DNA of 64,000 nt from Eledone cirrhosa (taxonomy: Eukaryota). The notes under the pieces are model-generated. The model did not search any database. It was given only the letters and a program-made list of their open reading frames with translations, and was not told where the DNA came from. Below, piece after piece: positions 15,001 through 28,105 of this stretch (positions within the stretch are counted from its first letter, which is position 1; every line of letters begins with the position of its first letter). The translations under genes and the position numbers were made by a program. The stretch lies in contig OZ024741.1 of the NCBI GenBank assembly GCA_964016885.1, forward strand, positions 369,086,001 to 369,150,000, read 5' to 3'.

Positions 15001-18000
15001 AGAGGAAACTAAATACTGGGCTTTGTCTGGTACCAACCTCATCACTGCAGTGGCCACAGTACCAGACACCACTGCCAGTAACATAGAGGAAACTAAATAC
15101 TGGGCTTTGTCTGGTACCAACCTCATCACTGCAGTGGCCACAGTACCAGACACCACTGCCTGTAACATAGAGGAAACTAAATACTGGGCTTTGTCTGGTA
15201 CCAACCTCATCACTACAGTGGCCACAGTACCAGACACCACGGCCTGTAACATAGAGGAAACTAAATACTGGGCTTTGTCTGGTACCAACCTCATCACTGC
15301 AGTGGCCACAGTACTAGACACCACTGCCAGTAACATAGAGGAAACTAAATACTGGGCTTTGTCTGGTACCAACCTCATCACTGCAGTGGTCACAGTACCA
15401 GACACCACTGCCTGTAACATAGAGGAAACTAAATACTGGGCTTTGTCTGGTACCAACCTCATCACTGCAGTGGCCACAGTACCAGACACCACTGCCTGTA
15501 ACATAGAGGAAACTAAATACTGGGCTTTGTCTGGTACCAACCTCATCACTGCAGTGGTCACAGTACCAGACACCACTGCCTGTAACATAGAGGAAACTAA
15601 ATACTGGGCTTTGTCTGCTACCAACCTCATCACTGCAGTGGCCACAGTACCAAACACCACTGCCAGTAACATAGAGGAAACTAAATACTGGGCTTTGTCT
15701 GGTACCAACCTCATCACTGCAGTGGCCACAGTACCAGACACCACTGCCAGTAACATAGAGGAAACTAAATACTGGGAGTTGTCTGGTACCAACCTCATCA
15801 CTGCAGTGGCCACAGTACCGGACACCACTGCCAGTAACATAGAGGAAACTAAATACTGGGCTTTATCTGGTACCAACCTCATCACTGCAGTGGCCACAGT
15901 ACCAGACACCACTGCCAGTAACATAGAGGAAACTAAATACTGGGCTTTATCTGGTACCAACCTCATCACTGCAGTGGCCACAATACCAGACACCACTGCC
16001 AGTAACATAGAGGAAACTAAATACTGGGAGTTGTCTGGTACCAACCTCATCACTGCAGTGGCCACAGTACCAGACACCACTGCCAGTAACATAGAGGAAA
16101 CTAAATACTGGGCTTTGTCTGGTACCAACCTCATCACTGCAGTGGCCACAGTACCAAACACCACTGCCAGTAACATAGAGGAAACTAAATACTGGGCTTT
16201 GTCTGGTACCAACCTCATCACTGCAATGGCCACAATACCAGACACCACTGCCAGTAACATAGAGGAAACTAAATACTGGGCTTTGTCTGGTACCAACCTC
16301 ATCACTGCAGTGGCCACAATACCAGACACCACTGCCAGTAACATAGAGGAAACTAAATACTGGGAGTTGTCTGGTACCAACCTCATCACTGCAGTGGCCA
16401 CAGTACCAGACACCACTGCCAGTAACATAGAGGAAACTAAATACTGGGCTTTGTCTGGTACCAACCTCATCACTGCAGTGGCCACAGTACCAAACACCAC
16501 TGCCAGTAACATAGAGGAAACTAAATACTGGGCTTTGTCTGGTACCAACCTCATCACTGCAATGGCCACAATACCAGACACCACTGCCAGTAACATAGAG
16601 GAAACTAAATACTGGGCTTTGTCTGGTACCAACCTCATCACTGCAGTGGCGACAATACCAGACACCACTGCCCGTAACATAGAGAAAACTAAATACTGGG
16701 CGTTGTCTGGTACCAACCTCATCACTGCAGTGGCCACAGTACAAGACACCACTGCCAGTAACATAGAGGAAACTAAATACTGGGCGTTGTCTGGTACCAA
16801 CCTCATCACTGCAGTGCCCACAGTACCAGACACCACTGCCTCTAACATAGAGGAAACTAAATACTGGGCGTTGTCTGGTACCAACCTCATCACTGCAGTG
16901 GCCACAGTACCAAACACCACTACCAGTAACATAGAGGAAACTAAATACTGGGCTTTGTCTGGTACCAACCTCATCACTGCAATGGCCACAATACCAGACA
17001 CCACTGCCAGTAACATAGAGGAAACTAAATACTGGGCTTTGTCTGGTACCAACCTCATCACTGCAGTGGCCACAATACCAGACACCACTGCCAGTAACAT
17101 AGAGGAAACTAAATACTGGGAGTTGTCTGGTACCAACCTCATCACTGCAGTGGCCACAGTACCAGACACCACTGCCAGTAACATAGAGGAAACTAAATAC
17201 TGGGCTTTGTCTGGTACCAACCTCATCACTGCAGTGGCCACAGTACCAAACACCACTGCCAGTAACATAGAGGAAACTAAATACTGGGCTTTGTCTGGTA
17301 CCAACCTCATCACTGCAATGGCCACAATACCAGACACCACTGCCAGTAACATAGAGGAAACTAAATACTGGGCTTTGTCTGGTACCAACCTCATCACTGC
17401 AGTGGCGACAATACCAGACACCACTGCCCGTAACATAGAGAAAACTAAATACTGGGCGTTGTCTGGTACCAACCTCATCACTGCAGTGGCCACAGTACAA
17501 GACACCACTGCCAGTAACATAGAGGAAACTAAATACTGGGCGTTGTCTGGTACCAACCTCATCACTGCAGTGCCCACAGTACCAGACACTACTGCCTCTA
17601 ACATAGAGGAAACTAAATACTGGGCGTTGTCTGGTACCAACCTCATCACTGCAGTGGCCACAGTACCAGACACCACTGCCAGTAACATAGAGGAAACTAA
17701 ATACTGGGCATTGTCTGGTACCAACCTCATCACTGCAGTGGCCACAGTACCAGACACCACTGCCAGTAACATAGAGGAAACTAAATACTGGGCTTTGTCT
17801 GGTACCAACCTCATCACCGCAGTGGCCACAGTACCAGACACCATTGCCAGTAACATAGAGGAAACTAAATACTGGGCTTTGTCTGGTACCAACCTCATCA
17901 CTGCAGTGGCCACAGTACCAGACACCACTGCCAGTAACATAGAGGAAACTAAATACTGGGAGTTGTCTGGTACCAACCTCATCACTGCAGTGGCCGCAGT

Positions 18001-21000
18001 ACCGGACACCACTGCCAGTAACATAGAGGAAACTAAATACTGGGCTTTGTCTGGTACCAACCTCATCACTGCAGTGGTCACAGTACCAGACACCACTGCC
18101 TGTAACATAGAGGAAACTAAATACTGGGCTTTGTCTGGTACCAACCTCATCACTGCAGTGGCCACAGTACCAAACACCACTGCCAGTAACATAGAGGAAA
18201 CTAAATACTGGGCTTTGTCTGGTACCAACCTCATTCACTGCAGTGGCCACAGTACCAGACACCACTGCCAGTAACATAGAGGAAACTAAATACTGGGCTT
18301 TGTCTGGTACCAACCTCATCACTGCAGTGGCCACAGTACCAGACACCACTGCCAGTAACATAGAGGAAACTAAATACTGGGCTTTGTCTGGTACCAACCT
18401 CATCACTGCAGTGGCCACAATACCAGACACCACTGCCAGTAACATAGAGGAAACTAAATACTGGGCATTGTCTGGTACCAACCTCATCACTGCAGTGGTC
18501 ACAGTACCAGACACCACTGCCAGTAACATAGAGGAAACTAAATACTGGGCTTTGTCTGGTACCAACCTCATCACTACAGTGGCCACAGTACCAGACACCA
18601 CTGCCAGTAACATAGAGGAAACTAAATACTGGGCTTTGTCTGGTACCAACCTCATCACTGCAGTGGCCACAATACCAGAGAACACTGCCAGTAACATAGA
18701 GGAAACTAATTACTGGGCTTTGTCTAGTACCAACCTCATCACTGCAGTGGTCACAGTACCAGACACCACTGCCTCTAACATAGAGGAAACTAAATACCGG
18801 GCATTGTCTGGTACCAACCTCATCACTGCAGTGACCACAGTACCAGACACCACTGCCAGTAACATAGAGAAAACTAAATACTGGGCTTTGTCTGGTACCA
18901 ACCTCATCACTGCAGTGGCCACAGTACCAGACACCACTGCCAGTAACATAGAGGAAACTAAATACTGGGCTTTGTCTGGTACCAACCTCATCACTGCAGT
19001 GGCCACAGTACCAGACACCACTGCCAGTAACATAGAGGAAACTAAATACTGGGAGTTGTCTGGTACCAACCTCAACACTGCAGTGGCCACAGTACCGGAC
19101 ACCACTGCCAGTAACATAGAGGAAACTAAATACTGGGCTTTATCTGGTACCAACCTCATCACTGCAGTGGCCACAGTACCAGACACCACTGCCAGTAACA
19201 TAGAGGAAACTAAATACTGGGCTTTGTCTGGTACCAACCTCATCACTGCAGTGGCCACAGTACCAGACACCACTGCCAGTAACATAGAGGAAACTAAATA
19301 CTGGGAGTTGTCTGGTACCAACCTCATCACTGCAGTGGCCACAGTACCAGACACCACTGCCAGTAACATAGAGGAAACTAAATACTGGGCTTTGTCTGGT
19401 ACCAACCTCATCACTGCAGTGGCCACAGTACCAAACACCACTGCCAGTAACATAGAGGAAACTAAATACTGGGCTTTGTCTGGTACCAACCTCATCACTG
19501 CAATGGCCACAATACCAGACACCACTGCCAGTAACATAGAGGAAACTAAATACTGGGCTTTGTCTGGTACCAACCTCATCACTGCAGTGGCCACAGTACC
19601 AGACACCACTGCCAGTAACATAGAGGAAACTAAATACTGGGCTTTGTCTGGTACCAACCTCATCACTGCAGTGGCGACAATACCAGACACCACTGCCTGT
19701 AACATAGAGAAAACTAAATACTGGGCGTTGTCTGGTACCAACCTCATCACTGCAGTGGCCACAGTACCAGACACCACTGCCTGTAACATAGAGAAAACTA
19801 AATACTGGGCGTTGTCTGGTACCAACCTCATCACTGCAGTGGCCACAGTTCAAGACACCACTGCCAGTAACATAGAGGAAACTAAATACTGGGCGTTGTC
19901 TGGTACCAACCTCATCACTGCAGTGGCCACAGTACCAGACACCACTGCCAGTAACATAGAGGAAACTAAATACTGGGCTTTGTCTGGTACCAACCTCATC
20001 ACCGCAGTGGCCACAGTACCAGACACCATTGCCAGTAACATAGAGGAAACTAAATACTGGGCTTTGTCTGGTACCAACCTCATCACTGCAGTGGCCACAG
20101 TACCAGACACCACTGCCAGTAACATAGAGGAAACTAAATACTGGGAGTTGTCTGGTACCAACCTCATCACTGCAGTGGCCGCAGTACCGGACACCACTGC
20201 CAGTAACATAGAGGAAACTAAATACTGGGCTTTGTCTGGTACCAACCTCATCACTGCAGTGGCCACAGTACCAGACACCACTGCCAGTAACATAGAGGAA
20301 ACTAAATACTGGGCTTTGTCTGGTACCAACCTCATCACTGCAGTGGCCACAGTACCAGACACCACTGCCAGTAACATAGAGGAAACTAAATACTGGGCTT
20401 TGTCTGGTACCAACCTCATCACTGCAGTGGCCACAATACCAGACACCACTGCCAGTAACATAGAGGAAACTAAATACTGGGCATTGTGTGGTACCAAACT
20501 CATCACTGCAGTGGTCACAGTACCAGACACCACTGCCAGTAACATAGAGGAAACTAAATACTGTGCTTTGTCTGGTACCAACCTCATCACTACAGTGGCC
20601 ACAGTACCAGACACCACTGCCAGTAACATAGAGGAAACTAAATACTGGGCTTTGTCTGGTACCAACCTCATCACTGCAGTGGCCACAATACCAGAGAACA
20701 CTGCCAGTAACATAGAGGAAACTAAATACTGGGCTTTGTCTGGTACCAACCTCATCACTGCAATGGCCACAATACCAGACACCACTGCCAGTAACATAGA
20801 GGAAACTAAATACTGGGCTTTGTCTGGTACCAACCTCATCATTGCAGTGGCGACAATACCAGACACCACTGCCCGTAACATAGAGGAAACTAAATACTGG
20901 GCGTTGTCTGGTACCAACCTCATCACTGCAGTGGCCACAGTACAAGACACCACTGCCAGTAACATAGAGGAAACTAAATACTGGGCGTTGTCTGGTACCA

Positions 21001-23500
21001 ACCTCATCACTGCAGTGCCCACAGTACCAGACACCACTGCCTCTAACATAGAGGAAACTAAATACTGGGCGTTGTCTGGTACCAACCTCATCACTGCAGT
21101 GGCCACAGTACCAGACACCACGGCCTGTAACATAGAGGAAACTAAATACTGGGCTTTGTCTGGTACCAACCTCATCACTGCAGTGGTCACAGTACCAGAC
21201 ACCACTGCCTGTAACATAGAGGAAACTAAATACTGGGCTTTGTCTGGTACCAACCTCATCACTGCAGTGGCCACAGTACCAGACACCACTGCCCGTAACA
21301 TAGAGGAAACTAAATACTGGGCTTTGTCTGGTACCAACCTCATCACTGCAGTGGCCACAATACCAGACACCACTGCCTCTAACATAGAGGAAACTAAATA
21401 CTGGGCGTTGTCTGGTACCAACCTCATCACTGCAGTGGCCACAATACCAGACACCACTGCCTGTAACATAGAGGAAACTAAATACTGGGCTTTGTCTGGT
21501 ACCAACCTCATCACTGCAGTGGTCACAGTACCAGACACCACTGCCTGTAACATAGAGGAAACTAAATACTGGGCTTTGTCTGGTACCAACCTCATCACTG
21601 CAGTGGCCACAGTACCAAACACCACTGCCAGTAACATAGAGGAAACTAAATACTGGGCGTTGTCTGGTACCAACCTCATCACTGCAGTGGCCACAATACC
21701 AAACACCACTGCCAGTAACATAGAGGAAACTAAATACTGGGCTTTGTCTGGTACCAACCTCATCACTGCAGTTGCCACAGTACCAGACACCACTGCCAGT
21801 AACATAGAGGAAACTAAATACTGGGCTTTGTCTGGTACCAACCTCATCACTGCAGTGGCCACAGTACCAGACACCACTGCCAGTAACATAGAGGAAACTA
21901 AATACTGGGCTTTGTCTGGTACCAACCTCATCACTGCAGTGGCCACAGTACCAGACACCACTGCCAGTAACATAGAGGAAACTAAATACTGGGCTTTGTC
22001 TGGTACCAACCTCATCACTGCAGTGGCCACAATACCAGACACCACTGCCAGTAACATAGAGGAAACTAAATACTGGGCATTGTCTGGTACCAACCTCATC
22101 ACTGCAGTGGTCACAGTACCAGACACCACTGCCAGTAACATAGAGGAAACTAAATACTGGGCTTTGTCTGGTACCAACCTCATCACTACAGTGGCCACAG
22201 TACCAGACACCACTGCCAGTAACATAGAGGAAACTAAATACTGGGCTTTGTCTGGTACCAACCTCATCACTGCAGTGGCCACAATACCAGAGAACACTGC
22301 CAGTAACATAGAGGAAACTAATTACTGGGCTTTGTCTAGTACCAACCTCATCACTGCAGTGGTCACAGTACCAGACACCACTGCCTCTAACATAGAGGAA
22401 ACTAAATACTGGGCATTGTCTGGTACCAACCTCATCACTGCAGTGGCCACAGTACCAGACACCACTGCCAGTAACATAGAGGAAACTAAATACTGGGCTT
22501 TGTCTGGTACCAACCTCATCACTGCAGTGGCCACAGTACCACACACCACTGCCAGTAACATAGAGGAAACTAAATACTGGGCTTTGTCTGGTACCAACCT
22601 CATCACTGCAGTGGCCACAGTACCAGACACCACTGCCAGTAACATAGAGGAAACTAAATACTGGGAGTTGTCTGGTACCAACCTCATCACTGCAGTGGCC
22701 ACAGTACCGGACACCACTGCCAGTAACATAGAGGAAACTAAATACTGGGCTTTGTCTGGTACCAACCTCATCACTGCAGTGGCCACAGTACCAGACACCA
22801 CTGCCAGTAACATAGAGGAAACTAAATACTGGGCTTTGTCTGGTACCAACCTCATCACTGCAGTGGCCACAGTACCAGACACCACTGCCTGTAACATAGA
22901 GGAAACTAAATACTGGGCTTTGTCTGGTACCAACCTCATCACTACAGTGGCCACAGTACCAGACACCACGGCCTGTAACATAGAGGAAACTAAATACTGG
23001 GCTTTGTCTGGTACCAACCTCATCACTGCAGTGGTCACAGTACCAGACACCACTGCCTGTAACATAGAGGAAACTAAATACTGGGCTTTGTCTGGTACCA
23101 ACCTCATCACTGCAGTGGCCACAGTACCAGACACCACTGCCTGTAACATAGAGGAAACTAAATACTGGGCTTTGTCTGGTACCAACCTCATCACTGCAGT
23201 GGTCACAGTACCAGACACCACTGCCTGTAACATAGAGGAAACTAAATACTGGGCTTTGTCTGCTACCAACCTCATCACTGCAGTGGCCACAGTACCAAAC
23301 ACCACTGCCAGTAACATAGAGGAAACTAAATACTGGGCTTTGTCTGGTACCAACCTCATCACTGCAGTGGCCACAATATCAGACACCACCACATTTAACA
23401 TAGAGGAAACTAAATACTGGGCTTTGTCTGGTACCAATCTCATCACTGCAGTGGCCACAATACCAAACACCACTATAAGTAACACAGGGGAAACTAAATA
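1..23500. repeat. 84-bp tandem repeat array (minisatellite/satellite), ~280 copies, continuing beyond the window's left edge
   Basis: Unit CCTCATCACTGCAGTGGCCACAGTACCAGACACCACTGCCAGTAACATAGAGGAAACTAAATACTGGGCTTTGTCTGGTACCAA recurs every 84 nt with only a few substitutions per copy. One extra T at 18234/18235. The last two units (23370-23500) are more diverged. Confidence 0.98.
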
Positions 23501-23501
23501 A
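14..23501 (+). other. Putative giant repetitive ORF (28-aa unit TVPDTTASNIEETKYWALSGTNLITAVA), frameshifted once at ~18235; coding status unproven
   Basis: ORFs 14-18274 and 18243-23501 are the same reading register with no internal stop, and the TAA falls exactly at the array end. No unique N- or C-terminal domain is visible. Two minus-strand frames are also largely open, so openness alone is weak evidence. Confidence 0.3.
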
Positions 23502-23529
23502 ATGAGTAGAGTATCGCTGAAAGTGCAGG

Positions 23530-23730
23530 AGACAAACAATGAATTGCAGAGGATAATGGTAATAGAACCAGTGAATGTTATTAAGAGAAATGGAAGATGA
23601 TTGGGTCATATATTGAGGAAAGCTAAACATTACTTAGTGAGAGAAGTGATGGAAATAAATGTAAAGGGAAGTAGAGGAATACCAAGAAAACATGGGTAAA
23701 GATGATAGAAGAGGAAATGAAAACCATAAA
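23530..23730 (+). mobile_element. Highly degenerate RTE LINE 3' fragment abutting the array end
   Basis: Interrupted translation resembles the RTE C-terminus (GHILRK...REVMEINVKGSRG.PRKTWVKMIEEEMK), comparable to the GHVMRM...GRPKMTWDEVIK motif of other copies in this window. Confidence 0.55.
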
Positions 23731-23837
23731 TATTGATTTATTATATTGTTACAAGGACACAGGGAGAGGAGATTTTCTTTCTTTTTTTTAGTGGTGGTAG
23801 TGGGACTCATATCTTTTCAAGAGGCATTATTTGGATT

Positions 23838-24293
23838 GGTCGATAAAATAAAGTACCAGTAATGCACTGGATAATTGCTGGCCTTGTGCCTAAAGTAGAA
23901 ACAATTATTTGGATTGGCAGTATCGGTAGAGGGTCGGACGCTATGCTTTGCAGCATAGTTACGTCCCTTTACGGACTGAGTTCAAATCCCGCCGAGGTTA
24001 ACTTTGCCTTTCATCCTTACGGGGTCAATAAAATAAAGTACCAGTAATATACTGGGTAATTGCTGGCCTTGTGCCAAAAGTAGAAACAATTGTTACAATA
24101 GGGCAGTGGATTGGCAGTATCAGTAGAGCATTAGACACCATGCTTTGCAGCATAGAGTTATGGCCCTTTACAGTCTCAATTCAAATCCCGCCTAGGTTAA
24201 CTTTGTCTTTCATCCTTATGGGGTCGATAAAATAAAGTACCAGTAGTGTACTGGGATAATTGCTGGTCTTGTGCCAAAAGTAGAAACAATTAT
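23838..24293 (+). mobile_element. Tandem cluster of tRNA-derived SINE family A (one partial, two near-full copies)
   Basis: Repeated TGGCAGTATC(G/A)GTAGAG (A-box-like) ... GAGTTCAAATCC (B-box) ... AACTTTGCCTTTCATCCTTACGGGGTCGATAAAATAAAGTACCAGT ... GTAGAAACAATTA. The central block resembles Nin/Deu-type SINE domains (from recall). Confidence 0.85.
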
Positions 24294-24312
24294 TACAATA
24301 TGGCTATCATCA

Positions 24313-24460
24313 ATAATTGTTTCTACTTTAGGCACAAGGCCAGCAATTACCCAGTACATTACTGGTACTTTATTTTATCGACCCCGTAAGGATGAAAGGC
24401 AAAGTTGACCTCGGCAGGATTTGAACTCAGAATGGAAAGGGCCATAACTCTATGCTGCAA
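24313..24460 (-). mobile_element. SINE family A, 5'-truncated, inverted relative to the adjacent cluster
   Basis: Reverse complement of the same consensus (TGTTTCTACTTT...GGATTTGAACTC). Confidence 0.85.
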
Positions 24461-24716
24461 TAATGAAAGTGAACAAGTAATAATACAACCCTTGTTTTGT
24501 TCTATTTCATCCTCTTTACTACAGATTATTCCAATTTTCTCAAAGCTTATATCTGTGCTTTTATGAAGGTGTTTTTCTGCTTTCTGAAGATTTTCTAAAA
24601 CAAATTGGTGCCCTTTAGGAGGTTCTTTTGATTTCAGTTCATTTTTCTTTTGTGTTATACCAGTAATAAAGATTCAAATGAATGACAAAAATAATTATTA
24701 TATAGAGATGCATCAT

Positions 24717-24865
24717 GAAGTATGACTCACCCCTGGACAGAGTGCCAGTCCATCACAGGCTTAAGCCTGCAGCTACTAGTGGTACTCATTTTCAGCTGAG
24801 TATACAGGAGCAACGTGAAATGAAGTGGTTTTTCTCAAGAACACAAGACACAATGCAGTCCAGGA
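24717..24865 (-). mobile_element. SINE family B fragment
   Basis: GGTACTCATTTTCAGCTGAGT...GGAGCAACGTGAAATGAAGTG...CTCAAGAACACAA matches the copy at 58470-58612. Confidence 0.65.
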
Positions 24866-25419
24866 AGCATACAGGTATAGTAAGTAGTGAATGGAAAAGT
24901 ATAGAGCACCAATGGTAAATCATAGCCAAGAGAAAGGTAGAGCATGAATATATTTAGCTTTAGTTTTAGTACAATGACCTAACTCATCCAAAAAAACAAT
25001 GGAGAACCACCTTTTCAAATCTTTTTTTAAATTTTCTAACTTTGTTTGAATTGGCAGACGGCCCAATTACATTTTTACAAAACATTTAAGGGTAAATAAA
25101 GCCGAACAGCTCCAACCAGTCAGAAAAGATTTGTTGTATTTCTTAATACATAAACTTTAGCTTTTATGGTCTTGCCACAAAATGTAACGTTACTTACTAT
25201 TTTGGCCTTAAGAAATAATTTCTTCCCTGATCCATGCAATCTCCATGTAAACTAGGTTTCCCGGTTGCTTTTCACATGTCTTCATTGACTATAGTAATTT
25301 ATCTAACTGCAATTTAACATTCATGTTTTTACATACACAAATTCCCTTTGAGTCTTGTTAATTTTTATTTTTTCTTGGCAATAACCTGTTTACATAATTT
25401 TTCCTGTTGAACCTTTTTC

Positions 25420-27390
25420 TTACAGGTTATCCCTCTTATACACAGTTTCTCTCTCAACTCATCTATGCTTGATCGTTCAAACACATTGACATTGCACATC
25501 CATCGGAGCATGCTTGCTTCATTTCTCTCCAGCCGTCGTATATGCTCCACAGTTGCTGCCCATGTCTCACTACCATGCAGCATTGCGCTCCTTACTAATT
25601 TGATCACCTAGGTATCGGATGTTATCAACCACCTCTATAGATCCTACCTGCATTTGAAAAATGTATCTATCACTGCGACTTCTACTATCAAATTTCCCTG
25701 ATCATCTACTGCATATGTAGTTGTGTACATTCTATAGAATTTATGCCAACTCCTTTTCTACATATTGAACATGGCCATTTCCCTGATGGAATCAGAGTTT
25801 TGTCCTCTTTCCTACTAATCAACACTTTAGTCTTACCTAGGTTCACTCTCAATAGCTGGTCCCTCTCTTGAGTCTACTAGGAGTAGTTTCTCTCCTCCCA
25901 TTCATTCTCAACATTCATTAGTCTCTCATAATGACATTTCCTTTTTCTGAGCATCAGTGACACTAAGTGCACCACCATCATTTCGGACACACTTATTTCC
26001 AACAACATCCTGATTTACACTGACATACTCTTTACAATGTGGAACACTGCACGTCTCTGATCTCGTCACAGAACATTGTCAAACTTCCTACTCTCAGCTT
26101 CCCTGCATTCTAAGTATACCTGATATCTAGCCTCTCTTTTAGCGGCCGAGTATTGGTCTCTACTCCCCCCATTTTCCCAAGTTTCCATGCTTGTCTTTTG
26201 TCTTTAATGGCTCTATCTACCATGCTGTTCCATCACCAGGTCATCCTCTGTCTAGTTGGAGCTCTGCTCCAGCTACAAGTCTCCTCAGTAGCCTACAGTA
26301 AGTTGTCACATAAGAACTTTCAGTTATCATCTATGTCATACAGTTCTAATTCGTCTTCTTTCTCATCATACACATCTTGAAGGGCTTTCCTAAATTTATA
26401 TTTTAGTGAAAGGTCTTTTAGCTTCCGGACCTTTCTTTTCCACACCTTCCTGTGTGTCTCATTCCTGTCTCTTGAGATTTCACTAACGACTAACCTATGT
26501 TGGGCGGTACATTCTGCCCCAGGGTATGTTTTAGTATTCAAAATTATCTGTTTGTCTTGTTGCCTAACTAGCAAGAAGTCAATCTGGCTTATGTGCTTGC
26601 CTGATTGGTAGGTTTCTTGAAGTTAGTGTTGCAAATGGTTAGTTCACTTGCATCACAAAATTCAAGAAGCCCCACTCCTTCGTTTCTTGAGCCATAACCA
26701 TGACCACTATGTACCCCAGCATATCTATCCTGGAGTTGTCCAACATGACCATTGAAGTCATCTGCTAGTATAACTAGGTCTCTGTCCTCTGTCATTGTGG
26801 TTGTCTCTAGAAGTTGCTCGTAAAAGCAGTCCTCTTCTTTACTTAGGCCTGCTTGGGGAGCATAGGTAGAGATAATTGTCAGCAGTCTATTGCCTACAAC
26901 TAGTCTAATCTTAATTATTCTATTACTTACTCTAACTACCTCTATTGTCTTATTGATCCACCCCTTGGTCAATAAAATGCCTACCCCACCTAACCCATCA
27001 TCATTTCCTACACAGAGAACCTTATAGCTAAGCTGTTTGCCTGCGATTAGTCTTGCTGAGGCACCTCTCCATCTCACCTCTTGCACACAGCACACATCCA
27101 CATGTCTTCTCTCTAGCATCTCCACTATCTCACCAGATCTGCCTCTCAGGGTGCCAATATTAAGTGTGGCAACCTTGAAATGTGACATCTTTCGTTGATT
27201 TTTCCTTTTCTGCAAAGAAAAATATTTATTTATAATCATGTTGTTGTGTGATTGCTTGATGATGGTCGGGGGATTCTCGCACATGGCCGCACTAACCACC
27301 CCACTACCATGTGCAGCCCTAACAAGGTTAGTTTTATTGCTATTTGCGAAGTTATTGCAATACATGTCTGTTGTGCTCATAATTCTTGGC
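25420..27390 (-). mobile_element. RTE-clade LINE, degenerate and internally deleted
   Basis: AP-endonuclease motifs (VATLNIGTL, CCVQEVRW, YAPQ, DFNGHVG) in ORF 26589-27392. Post-RT motif RSAMLHGSETWA...RLERNEASMLRWMC in ORF 25365-25607. Most of the RT core is deleted. Confidence 0.9.
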
Positions 27391-27549
27391 ATTAATATAC
27401 TGGTTGGATGCCCTTCCTATTACTAGCACCACTTTACAACATGGACTGGGTGCTTTTATTCGTGCCACCAGTACTAGAGTTGTCATACTGGACTCAGGGG
27501 CCCTCTCCACCCGATATATATATATATATATATATATACTATATATATA

Positions 27550-27860
27550 TCATCATCATTTTACGTCTGCTTTTCTCTGCTTGCAAGGGTTCGACGGGTC
27601 CTATTCAGCACAGCATCTCTCCACCCATCACGGTCCTTCGTCATCTCCTCAGTGAGTTTCAGCGATCCGAGGTTTGCTCTCACCACCTCCGCCCATGTTT
27701 TGTGGTCTACCTCTACAGCGTCTACCCTCCACTGGAACTTCCTGGCACTTCTTCACCCATCGGTCATCCTGAATGCACATCGCATGTCCATACCATCTCA
27801 GCCTTCTCTCCTGCACACCACAACTTTCTCGTATCTTCTATCGTAGTCCATCTGGCCATC
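27550..27860 (-). mobile_element. RTE LINE 3'-end fragment
   Basis: Begins (CAT)n-TTTACGTCTGCTTTTCTCTGCTTGCAAGGG, the reverse complement of the RTE 3' terminus seen at 46358-46394; continues into the WYGHA.R region. Confidence 0.8.
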
Positions 27861-28105
27861 AATTTAAACGTATTGTAGATATTGTTAAAACTCAAAATTT
27901 TATCGTATTAGACCCATCTAGAATCTAATCTTTTTCTCTCGGAACTTTGTTCTGTCCATACCTTTTTGTGTTACTATTTACTATCTGTCACACGTAATAT
28001 GCTTACATCTCCTAAAGTTACCCATTTCCTTTCCACCCACCTCCATTGTTATTTCGTCCAATCAAAACTCAGTGCTTTATAGTAAGGTTTCTAACATAAA
28101 TCTCT

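Noticed and set aside
1-23500. CRISPR-like array or hammerhead-containing satellite
   Set aside because: No unique spacers, no cas genes, and a eukaryotic context. The minus strand has GTGATGAG rather than CTGATGAG and lacks GAAA, which is on the opposite strand.
649-23539. Long minus-strand ORFs (MLLAVVSG... and WYCGHC...) as genes
   Set aside because: By-products of an 84-bp stop-poor unit; repeatedly broken by variant stops.
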